DNA from: a bacterium
Lineage (GTDB): Bacteria > Patescibacteriota > Microgenomatia > Daviesbacterales > UBA10151
NCBI GenBank assembly: GCA_021790255.1
Contig: JAJYIE010000003.1
Location: 68-64,067 of the forward strand
Direction: 5' to 3'
Length of the DNA stretch: 64,000 nt
Shown piece by piece: positions 55,844 to 64,000 of this stretch. The notes under the pieces were generated by a model. The model did not search any database and was not told where the DNA came from. It was given only the letters and a program-made list of their open reading frames with translations. Position 1 is the first letter of the stretch. Each line of letters begins with the position of its first letter. The position numbers were made by a program, and so were the translations under genes.

Positions 55844-58800
55844 ATGCCGGATACAACAGAACACAACTTATTAGGCACCAGAGTTTACTGGGGCAAGCGA
55901 AAGGACTCCACAGTTAATCTGGATTTGACGTACCTGCAAAAGGAGTCCTATGAGTGGTTTACCAAGGAAGGAATCGGAGAGATTCTGGCTTCAATTAACC
56001 CAATTGTTGACTTCACCGGGAAGAACTGGCAACTGGAATTTGGGGAATATACCCTGGGTAAACCGCGTTTTTTTCCGGAAGAGGCAATTATAAAAGGCGT
56101 TTCTTTTGATGCTTCTCTGCGGGTTAAGGTTACCCTGACTAATCTACAAACAAATGAGGTTTACAAGCAGGATGTTTTTCTTGGTGATATTCCCGTAATG
56201 ACCCCCAAGGGAACTTTTGTTGTCAACGGAATTGAGCGTGTAGTTGTCAACCAGATTGTCCGTTCCCCGGGAGTTTTTTTCTCTTCTTCACAGGATCCGA
56301 TCACAGGCAGGGTTCTTTATTCTGCAGAATTTCGCCCGGCGCACGGTTCCTGGCTGGAATTTTCCGTCTCCAGGACTGATGTGGTGACTGTTAAAATTGA
56401 CCGGCGGCGCAAATTTGCTGCCACTACTTTTCTGCGGGCAATTGGGTTTTCCGATGATGAGGCGATCAGAAAGCTCTTTACCGGAGTTGATGATAACGAA
56501 GACCACCATTATATTGATTCTACTCTGGCCAAAGATTTGACAAAAAATCAAGAAGAGGCTCTGCTGGAGATTTACCGGAAGATGCGGCCCGGTGATCCGG
56601 TGGTTTTGGAAAACGCCAAAAATATGTTAAACGGCATGTTTTTCAACAACCGCCGCTATGATTTAACTAGGGTTGGCCGATTTAAAATCAACAAAAAGCT
56701 TGGTCAGGATATTCCCAATACCCCGGAGAATTGGATTTTAAAAACGGAAGATATCGTAGCCACTATTTCTTATCTGATCGGTCTGCAAAACGGCCAGGGT
56801 AAGGTTGATGATATTGACCACCTGGCCAACCGCCGGGTAAGAAGGGTCGGTGAGCTGGTAGCCCAGAACGCTTTTTGGGTGGGACTCCTGCGGCTGGAGC
56901 GGGTGATTAAGGAACGGATGAGTTTGCTTTCAGCGGAAACAGAAATTAACCCTGGCAGTCTAGTCAACGCCCGGCCGATTATTGCTGCCGTCAACGAATT
57001 TTTCCGCTCCTCACAGTTGTCACAAATTTTAGACCAGACTAATCCCTTATCAGAGATTGACCACCTGCGCCGCCTGACTGTTACCGGTCAGGGAGGAATT
57101 ACCCGGGAAAGGGCATCTTTTTCCATCCGTGATATTAACCATTCTCAATATGGCCGGATTGATCCAATCCGCTCCCCGGAAGGTCCGAATATAGGACTGG
57201 TGACATACCTGGCGCTCTTTTCCCGGATTAATGAATACGGTTTTCTGGAAACACCGTATAAAAAGGTGGTTTTAGAAGATGGTAAGCCGCGGGTAACCGA
57301 CGAAACAGTATATCTTTCCGCCGACGACGAGGAGAACTTTTATATTACTGAGGCGACAGTGGCTGTAGATGAAAAAGGATTTCTTACCTCTGCCCGGGTG
57401 CCAGTGCGCTACAACGGCAGCTTCTTTGAAGCCGATGCTAAGATGGTAAACTTTATAGACATATCTCCCCAGCAGGTAGTGGGAATTTCCGCTTCCCTCA
57501 TTCCGTTTCTGGCACATGATGATGCTAACCGGGCGCTGATGGGTTCACACATGCAGAACCAGGCTGTTCCCCTGCTTCTTCCTTCCGCGCCGGTTGTTGG
57601 AACAGGCATGGAAAGACTGGCAGCGGATAATATGGGAAGAATTGTCCGGGCCCCCTTTGAGGGTACAATCACTTATGTGGACGGAGATAAATTAACTCTG
57701 GAGGGAAAAAATGAGAAAATAACTTTTGAGATCAAGAAATTTATTAATACGCCGGAGAGTACCTGTTATAGCCAGCGTCCGGCGGTAAAGTTCGGCCAGA
57801 AGGTCAAAGCTGGGGATCTTTTAATTGATGGCACTTCAACCGACAAAGGTGAATTAGCCCTTGGGCAAAACCTGCTGATTGCCTATATGAACTATGAGGG
57901 TTTGGGGTATGAAGATGCTATTGTTATTTCTGATCGGCTGGTAAAGCAGGATATCCTTTCCTCAGTTTACATTGAGGAGTACGTTACCGATGTAGTCGAA
58001 ACAAAGCTTGGCCCGGATGAGTTAACCCGGGATATCCCCAACGTGGCCGAGGAAAATCTGGCTAACCTGGACGAAACGGGAATTGTTCGCATCGGCGCCA
58101 AAGTCGGGCCGAATGATATTTTGGTGGGTAAAGTTCAGCCTAAAGGTGAAACTGAGCTGACAGCCGAAGAGCGGCTACTGCGGGCGATTTTCGGCGAAAA
58201 AGCCAAGGAAGTGCGCGATACCAGTCTGCGGATGCCGCACGGTGAACGGGGGACAATTATTGGTATCCAGATTTTATCTCGGGAAAATGGAGATGAGCTA
58301 GACGCCGGAACTCTGAAGAAAATTAAAGTTAAGGTGGCCCAACTGAGAAAGGTGACTGTCGGTGATAAACTGGCCGGCCGCCACGGCAACAAAGGAGTAA
58401 TTTCCAAGATTATTCCGGAAATTGATATGCCCCACCTGCCGGACGGAACGCCTGTAGATATTGTCATCTCGCCGGTGACTATTTTATCCCGGATGAATTT
58501 AGGACAACTACTGGAGGCGCACTTCGGCCTGGCGGCGGATCGCCTAGGCATGAAGATTGCTGCCCCGGTTTTTGAGAAAATCCCTGAGAAGATACTGGTG
58601 GATCTGCTCAAAGAGGCCGGTTTGCCGGAACACGGAAAGATGAAACTGATTGACGGGCGCACCGGTGAGTATTTCGACCAGGAAGTGGTAGTCGGCAAGG
58701 CTTATTTCTTAAAGCTGATCCATATGGTGGAGGATAAACAACATGCCCGTTCCACCGGACCGTACTCAATGGTTACACAGCAGCCTTTGGGCGGGAAAGC

Positions 58801-59230
58801 TCAGATGGGTGGCCAGCGGCTGGGGGAGATGGAAGTCTGGGCGCTGGAAGCTTATGGGGCTGCCCATATCCTGCAGGAAATGTTAACTATCAAATCTGAT
58901 GATGTGATCGGCAGGACCAAGGCTTACCAGGCAATTATCCAGGGTGAGGATATCCCGCAGGCTTTAGTGCCGGAGTCATTCCGGGTACTGGTCAAGGAGC
59001 TTCAATCATTAGGGCTGAATATGGAGACAGTTAATCCGAAGGTTATCCAAGTTGCTCCGGAAGAGCCTAAGGAGGCGATAACGGAGGCAGTTCAGGAGAT
59101 GGAACAGGTGCTGGAGGCAGGCCCCGTGCTGGAGAACGCTAACGAACTTTCTGAGAACTCCGGCATGGAAGTAGTTGACCTGAAAGACGAAACAGAGGAA
59201 AATATTGCAGCGGAAGAAACTGCCGAATAA
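55844..59230 (+). CDS. rpoB: DNA-directed RNA polymerase subunit beta
   Basis: Full-length RpoB similarity. The ORF-track start 55826 is a TTG; the ATG at 55844 is preferred. Confidence 0.95.
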   Translation: MPDTTEHNLLGTRVYWGKRKDSTVNLDLTYLQKESYEWFTKEGIGEILASINPIVDFTGKNWQLEFGEYTLGKPRFFPEEAIIKGVSFDASLRVKVTLTNLQTNEVYKQDVFLGDIPVMTPKGTFVVNGIERVVVNQIVRSPGVFFSSSQDPITGRVLYSAEFRPAHGSWLEFSVSRTDVVTVKIDRRRKFAATTFLRAIGFSDDEAIRKLFTGVDDNEDHHYIDSTLAKDLTKNQEEALLEIYRKMRPGDPVVLENAKNMLNGMFFNNRRYDLTRVGRFKINKKLGQDIPNTPENWILKTEDIVATISYLIGLQNGQGKVDDIDHLANRRVRRVGELVAQNAFWVGLLRLERVIKERMSLLSAETEINPGSLVNARPIIAAVNEFFRSSQLSQILDQTNPLSEIDHLRRLTVTGQGGITRERASFSIRDINHSQYGRIDPIRSPEGPNIGLVTYLALFSRINEYGFLETPYKKVVLEDGKPRVTDETVYLSADDEENFYITEATVAVDEKGFLTSARVPVRYNGSFFEADAKMVNFIDISPQQVVGISASLIPFLAHDDANRALMGSHMQNQAVPLLLPSAPVVGTGMERLAADNMGRIVRAPFEGTITYVDGDKLTLEGKNEKITFEIKKFINTPESTCYSQRPAVKFGQKVKAGDLLIDGTSTDKGELALGQNLLIAYMNYEGLGYEDAIVISDRLVKQDILSSVYIEEYVTDVVETKLGPDELTRDIPNVAEENLANLDETGIVRIGAKVGPNDILVGKVQPKGETELTAEERLLRAIFGEKAKEVRDTSLRMPHGERGTIIGIQILSRENGDELDAGTLKKIKVKVAQLRKVTVGDKLAGRHGNKGVISKIIPEIDMPHLPDGTPVDIVISPVTILSRMNLGQLLEAHFGLAADRLGMKIAAPVFEKIPEKILVDLLKEAGLPEHGKMKLIDGRTGEYFDQEVVVGKAYFLKLIHMVEDKQHARSTGPYSMVTQQPLGGKAQMGGQRLGEMEVWALEAYGAAHILQEMLTIKSDDVIGRTKAYQAIIQGEDIPQALVPESFRVLVKELQSLGLNMETVNPKVIQVAPEEPKEAITEAVQEMEQVLEAGPVLENANELSENSGMEVVDLKDETEENIAAEETAE

Positions 59231-59231
59231 T

Positions 59232-62200
59232 ATGAACGATTTACTTGATTTTGAAGCATTAAAAATTGCTATTGCCAGTCCGGAACAAATTAAGGCCTGG
59301 TCTTTCGGCGAGGTTACCAAACCGGAAACCATTAATTACCGGACCCTAAAGCCGGAAAAAGATGGGTTATTTGCTGAGAATATATTCGGTCCGACCAAGG
59401 ATTATGAGTGCTACTGCGGCAAATATAAAAGGATCCGCTATCGCGGTGTCATCTGTGATAAATGTGGTGTCGAGGTTACCCAAAGCAAAGTTCGCCGGGA
59501 GCGTCTTGGTCATATCACTCTGGCGGCACCGGTTGCCCATAACTGGTTCGTCAAAGGGGCTCCATCCAAGTTGTCACTAATCCTGGATTTGTCTTTGAAG
59601 AGCTTAGAATCTGTAATTTACTTTGCTTCTTATCTTGTGACTTCCGTTGATGATGCCGGCCGAACTAAGGCTTTAGAGAAGCTGGAGAAAGATTTAGAGC
59701 AAAAGAAACGCCAGTCCCAGGAAAATTTGGATAAAAACATTAAAGCGCTTCAGGAAGACTCGGGGCGCCAGGTAAAAGAGATGAAAAAGGGTGTGGGTAA
59801 GGGAGAGTCAGAGCGGGTTGATCTGGCGGCCCAGGAAGTAGAGTTAAAATCGCGGCAGGAAATTCAAAAGCTGCGGGATAACTTAGTAGTAGGGCATACC
59901 CAGCTGGAACAAATTTTTAAAGCTGTGGCAGATCTGGTTAAAAGCGTGGTGCTGCTACGGGTGCTTTCGGAGGATGAATACCTCAAGCTTGACGAATATG
60001 GCGTGGCAGATTTTCTGAAAGTCGGTATGGGAGCAGAAGGGCTGCTTGATGTCCTGCGGCAGATTGATCTGGACAAGCTCTCGGCAGAGCTGCGGGAAGA
60101 AGTGCGCAAATCCAGCGGCCAAAAGCATATAAAAGCTACCAAAAGGTTGCGGGTGGTGGAAGGAATGAGAGGCGCTGGAATTCTGCCTGAGTGGATGGTG
60201 TTGCGTATTTTGCCGGTTATACCGCCTGACCTTCGCCCGATGGTTCAGCTTCCCGGAGGCCGCTTTGCCACCTCTGATTTGAATGATTTATACCGCCGGG
60301 TCATAAATCGCAATAACCGTTTAAGAAAGCTAATTGACCTGGGAGCCCCGGAGATTATTCTGCGCAACGAAAAACGGATGCTGCAGGAAGCAGTTGATGC
60401 CCTGATTGATTCTAACTTAAAGACCACCAGGCGTGCGGCCGGCGGCCATACTTTAAGATCGCTTTCTGATATGCTGCGGGGAAAACAGGGCCGTTTCCGC
60501 CAGAATCTTTTAGGGAAGCGGGTTGATTACTCCGGCCGCTCGGTTATCGTAGTCGGGCCGCAGCTGAAGCTGGATCAGGTTGGTTTGCCGAAGGAGATGG
60601 CCTTGGAGATGTTTAAGCCGTTTGTGTTGCGGGAGATTATCGCCCGCGGCCTTGCTGCCAATATCAAAGGCGCCAAGAATGTTTTGGAAATGCGTATTTC
60701 CGAAGTATGGGATATTTTGGAAGAGGTTATTGAAGGCCATCCGGTTTTAATTAACCGGGCGCCGACGCTGCACCGCCTGGGTATCCAGGCTTTCTATCCG
60801 GTGCTGATTGAAGGCAGTGCTATTCAGATTCATCCATGCATCTGCGCCGGGTTCAATGCTGACTTTGATGGTGACCAGATGGCGGTGCACGTGCCGCTTT
60901 CCCAAAAATCACGGGAGGAAGCAATCAATTTAATGATGGCCAGGGAAAATATTCTGCGTCCGGCGTCCGGCACCCCGATCACCGCTCCTAACCGGGAGAT
61001 GGGGCTGGGGGCATATTATGCAACCTCAGTTGATGAAAATATTCCCGCCTTAGAGAATAAAGTTTTTAATCCCGAAGAGGCAGTTTTGGCTTACCAGCTG
61101 GGTAAAGTAGGGTTGCGCCAGAAGATTAAAGCCTTTACCGGCGGGAAAGTAATTGAAACAACCGTCGGCCGGATCCTGTTTAACAAGAATCTCCCAGACT
61201 ATATGAGTTATGTGAATGAACCGGTGGGAGTCAAAAATTTACAGGATATTGTCATGAAAGCGTTTGGCAGGCTGGAGAAGACGGAAGTAGTGAAATTGAT
61301 TGATGCCTTAAAAGACTTTGGCTTTTGGGGCTCGACCTTATCTGGGCTCTCTCTGGGTATCTTTGACAACACCATCATTGCGGAAAAAGATGCTCTGATT
61401 GCTGCCGGCGATAAAGAGGTAGCGGAAGTGGAAAGCAACTTCCGTAAAGGTTTGATTACGACCGAAGAGAAGCGGGTTTTAACGGAAGAGATCTGGACCC
61501 GTATCGGTGATGATATTGCCCGTAAGACTTTAGCGGTTTTAGCTCCTGATAACCCGGTGAGTATTATCATGAAATCCGGCGGCGCCCGAGCGACAACTGA
61601 GCAGATTAAACAGTTGTCCGGTATGCGCGGGTTTTCCGTTGACCCGACCGGTAAGATTGTGGAGCTTCCGACCAAATCCAATTACCGTCAGGGGCTGGCA
61701 GTTTTCGAGTACTTCACCTCTTCCCGTGGTGCTCGTAAGGGTGTAGCTGACCGGGCAATTAAGACCGCTGATGCGGGGTATTTGACAAGAAGATTGGTGG
61801 ATGTGGCTCACGATGTCATTATCCGTGAGGAAGAGTGTGAGGATCAGGCTGGGGTTTCCCTGCCGGTTCCGACAGAAAGCCCGGTAGCAGCTTATTCCCG
61901 GTTTGTCGGCCGCAGATTGGCAGCAAAGGTAGTCGACCCGAAGAGTAAAAAGGTTATTGTTGCCGAAGGTGAATACCTGGACGAACTGCGCATTAACCAA
62001 ATTCTGGAAGCTAAAGTGGTAAGTATAACTATCTTTTCACCGCTTTCCTGCCGGGCTAAGTATGGCATGTGTGCCAAATGTTACGGCTGGGACCTGACTA
62101 CCCGAAAACAGGTGGAAGTGGGAGTGCCGGTGGGGGTGGTTGCCGCGCAAAGTATCGGTGAGCCGGGAACCCAGTTGACAATGAGAACTTTCCACTCCGG

Positions 62201-62933
62201 GGGTGTGGCCAGTGGTGTAGATATTACCATGGGTCTGCCGAGGGTTGAAGAGCTATTTGAGGCCAGAACTCCGAAAAATGCCGTAGCCATCTCTGAAATT
62301 GCCGGGAAAGTGACGGTTGCGGAAACGGATATGGGAATCAAAGTCAGGGTGAGGACTACCACCAAGCCGTTTGAGGAAAGGGAATATTTGGTGCCGGCAT
62401 CAGCAACTTTGCTGGTAGAAGACGGGCAGCTGATCGCAGCCGGTCAGCAGTTGGCAGCCGGTCATCTAGATATTAAGGAAATTGTCCGCATAAAAGGCTT
62501 AAAAGAAGCACAGCGCTATATTGTTGATGAAGTGAGAAAAGTTTATGCCTCTCAAGGAGTGCCGATTTCTGAAAAACACTTTGAGACGATTGTCCGCAAG
62601 ATGTCGGATAAGGTTCGGGTGGAAAGCCAGGGCGACACTAATTTGCTGCCGGGGGAAGTTATTGACCGGGTAAAATTTGAGGAAGAAAATGAGCGCGTTT
62701 TGGCTGCCGGCGGCGACCCGGCCTCAGCCTCAGTAGTGATCCTGGGAATTACCAGAGCTTCACTTCTTACTGAATCGTTCCTGTCAGCAGCTTCTTTCCA
62801 GGAAACCACAACGGTTTTGGCTGATGCCGCTGCCCAGGGGAAGGTCGACCGCCTGCTGGGGCTTAAGGAAAATGTTATAATTGGGCGCTTAATCCCCACC
62901 AGCCCTGACAGAGTGCAGGTGGAGGCAGAATAG
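59232..62933 (+). CDS. rpoC: DNA-directed RNA polymerase subunit beta'
   Basis: Zn-binding CYCGKYKRIRYRGVICDKCGV, NADFDGD catalytic motif. The ATG at 59232 (MNDLLDF) follows the rpoB stop; the track start 59205 is a TTG inside rpoB. Confidence 0.95.
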   Translation: MNDLLDFEALKIAIASPEQIKAWSFGEVTKPETINYRTLKPEKDGLFAENIFGPTKDYECYCGKYKRIRYRGVICDKCGVEVTQSKVRRERLGHITLAAPVAHNWFVKGAPSKLSLILDLSLKSLESVIYFASYLVTSVDDAGRTKALEKLEKDLEQKKRQSQENLDKNIKALQEDSGRQVKEMKKGVGKGESERVDLAAQEVELKSRQEIQKLRDNLVVGHTQLEQIFKAVADLVKSVVLLRVLSEDEYLKLDEYGVADFLKVGMGAEGLLDVLRQIDLDKLSAELREEVRKSSGQKHIKATKRLRVVEGMRGAGILPEWMVLRILPVIPPDLRPMVQLPGGRFATSDLNDLYRRVINRNNRLRKLIDLGAPEIILRNEKRMLQEAVDALIDSNLKTTRRAAGGHTLRSLSDMLRGKQGRFRQNLLGKRVDYSGRSVIVVGPQLKLDQVGLPKEMALEMFKPFVLREIIARGLAANIKGAKNVLEMRISEVWDILEEVIEGHPVLINRAPTLHRLGIQAFYPVLIEGSAIQIHPCICAGFNADFDGDQMAVHVPLSQKSREEAINLMMARENILRPASGTPITAPNREMGLGAYYATSVDENIPALENKVFNPEEAVLAYQLGKVGLRQKIKAFTGGKVIETTVGRILFNKNLPDYMSYVNEPVGVKNLQDIVMKAFGRLEKTEVVKLIDALKDFGFWGSTLSGLSLGIFDNTIIAEKDALIAAGDKEVAEVESNFRKGLITTEEKRVLTEEIWTRIGDDIARKTLAVLAPDNPVSIIMKSGGARATTEQIKQLSGMRGFSVDPTGKIVELPTKSNYRQGLAVFEYFTSSRGARKGVADRAIKTADAGYLTRRLVDVAHDVIIREEECEDQAGVSLPVPTESPVAAYSRFVGRRLAAKVVDPKSKKVIVAEGEYLDELRINQILEAKVVSITIFSPLSCRAKYGMCAKCYGWDLTTRKQVEVGVPVGVVAAQSIGEPGTQLTMRTFHSGGVASGVDITMGLPRVEELFEARTPKNAVAISEIAGKVTVAETDMGIKVRVRTTTKPFEEREYLVPASATLLVEDGQLIAAGQQLAAGHLDIKEIVRIKGLKEAQRYIVDEVRKVYASQGVPISEKHFETIVRKMSDKVRVESQGDTNLLPGEVIDRVKFEEENERVLAAGGDPASASVVILGITRASLLTESFLSAASFQETTTVLADAAAQGKVDRLLGLKENVIIGRLIPTSPDRVQVEAE

Positions 62934-62939
62934 GAAGAT

Positions 62940-63371
62940 ATGCCAACCATAAATCAATTAATCAGAAAGGGCCGTTCAAAGACCCAAAAAAAGGTTAAAG
63001 CCACGGCGCTTAGGCGCTCATTTAATGCCAAAGACCGCCGCTATACGCCTACTTTTAACCCCCAGAAGCGGGGAGTTGTGACAGTAGTCAAAACTATGAC
63101 CCCCAAAAAACCCAACTCGGCCCTGCGCAAAGTAGCCCGTGTCCGTTTATCCAATAAAACTGAGGTAACGGCTTATATTCAAGGGATCGGACACGACCTG
63201 GCAGAGCATGCAATTGTCATGGTGCGTGGCGGCCGGGTAAAGGATTTACCGGGTGTAAAATACCATATTATCCGTGGCAAGCTGGATATGGGAGGAGTAC
63301 AAAAGAGAAAAACAAGCCGTAGCAAATACGGTGCTAAACGGCCATCAGGAGGGAGGACTGCCGGTGCCTAG
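62940..63371 (+). CDS. rpsL: 30S ribosomal protein S12 (with about 14-aa N-terminal insertion)
   Basis: [12 protein letters not shown]...[16 protein letters not shown]...[17 protein letters not shown]. Extra segment [15 protein letters not shown] compared with typical S12. Confidence 0.95.
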   Translation: MPTINQLIRKGRSKTQKKVKATALRRSFNAKDRRYTPTFNPQKRGVVTVVKTMTPKKPNSALRKVARVRLSNKTEVTAYIQGIGHDLAEHAIVMVRGGRVKDLPGVKYHIIRGKLDMGGVQKRKTSRSKYGAKRPSGGRTAGA

Positions 63372-63846
63372 ATCAGGAAAGGTTACTAAAAGAGAACTGC
63401 CAGTTGACCCGATTTATAATTCGCGGTTAGTTACCCGTTTTATCAATAAGGTAATGGTCAGTGGTAAAAAGACTGTTGCCCAAAAGTTGGTTTATCAAGC
63501 TTTTGAGGGCATTGAAAAGCAAACGGGCAAAAATCCTCTGCCGCTTTTTGAGGCAGCTGTGCAGAACGTCATGCCCAAAATGGAGGTTAGGCCGCGACGG
63601 ATCGGCGGTGCTTCTTACCAGATTCCAATTGAGGTACGCGGGGACAGGCGGGAGGCTTTAGCTTTGCGCTGGATTATTAACGCTGCCCGCAGCCGCTCCA
63701 ATAAAGATTATCACACCTTTGCGGAAAAGTTGGTGGCGGAGTTGCTGGATGCCGCCGAAGGCAAAGGCGTGGCCGTTAAGAAGAAAGAAGATACTCTCCG
63801 CGCCGCCGAGGCGAATAAGGCATTCGCACATTTTGGTAGATTCTAG
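63364..63846 (+). CDS. rpsG: 30S ribosomal protein S7
   Basis: Full uS7 similarity from [17 protein letters not shown]. Likely GTG start at 63364, preceded by GGAGGGAGG. The track start 63274 lies inside rpsL. Confidence 0.85.
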   Translation: MPRSGKVTKRELPVDPIYNSRLVTRFINKVMVSGKKTVAQKLVYQAFEGIEKQTGKNPLPLFEAAVQNVMPKMEVRPRRIGGASYQIPIEVRGDRREALALRWIINAARSRSNKDYHTFAEKLVAELLDAAEGKGVAVKKKEDTLRAAEANKAFAHFGRF

Positions 63847-64000
63847 TGCTCATGCCTTGTGACTCGCCCTGCTTGTCTTAAAGTCCTTGCTCACTTCGGT
63901 AGATTTTAGGTTCGCAAATTTCTGGTCTTTTGCCCATTTTGATTGCTTCTAATTTTTCTTTGAAAAAGATCAAACACATTTGAGACAAACGCAGAAAATT

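Noticed and set aside
55826-62933. Numerous 60-190-aa antisense or alternative-frame ORFs inside rpoB, rpoC, dnaK, pnp, nusA, infB, ftsK and alaS (e.g. 58135..58698, 61208..61681, 21504..21989, 36370..36855, 31152..31793, 32659..33336, 42775..43527)
   Set aside because: They lie entirely within well-supported long genes on the opposite strand or in another frame. They have low-complexity, biased composition typical of shadow ORFs and are not listed as features.
1-64000. CRISPR arrays, rRNA genes and tRNA genes
   Set aside because: - No regularly spaced direct repeats were seen.
- No rRNA-like conserved blocks were seen.
- No tRNA-like T-loop/acceptor patterns were found in the intergenic regions inspected.

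Overview
This 64 kb window reads as a gene-dense chromosomal segment from a small-genome bacterium. Many proteins are domain-reduced: Lon with no protease domain, AlaRS with no C-terminal Ala domain, a short IF-2, and a DnaJ with no zinc finger. That pattern plus the gene content suggests a Patescibacteria/CPR-like organism, but this is inference only.

Core genes I recognise:
- Helicase pcrA/uvrD, trxA, tpiA, an LCP-family protein, a holA-like gene, rpsT, murJ, lepA, and an nrnA-like DHH phosphoesterase.
- The hrcA-grpE-dnaK operon with a CIRCE-like operator, followed by a zinc-finger-less dnaJ.
- nusA-infB, rpsO-pnp, a protease-less Lon AAA+ protein followed by RNase J, ftsK, a RodZ-like protein, alaS, ruvX-mltG, gpmA, and rpoB-rpoC-rpsL-rpsG.

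Non-housekeeping content:
- A free-standing LAGLIDADG homing endonuclease whose stop overlaps the helicase start, with a duplicated 66-aa helicase Walker-A fragment upstream.
- An IS481-family insertion sequence between rnj and ftsK.
- Two heavily frameshifted pseudogenes (protein-L-isoaspartate methyltransferase pcm and a class I/II aminotransferase) plus several gene remnants.
- A five-gene cluster of membrane proteins on the minus strand (SPFH, DUF4389-like, GDYXXLXY, DUF4401-like, DUF2157-like).
- A pilN-pilO module followed by an FN3/dockerin protein, with no pilM.
- An 811-aa protein with a degenerate FtsA/PilM-like actin-fold N-terminus, one TM helix and a large extracytoplasmic domain.
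- A 44-bp intergenic repeat present twice, several candidate operator and repeat motifs, and one GC-balanced non-coding region upstream of lepA that may be a structured RNA.

No rRNA, tRNA or CRISPR array was found.
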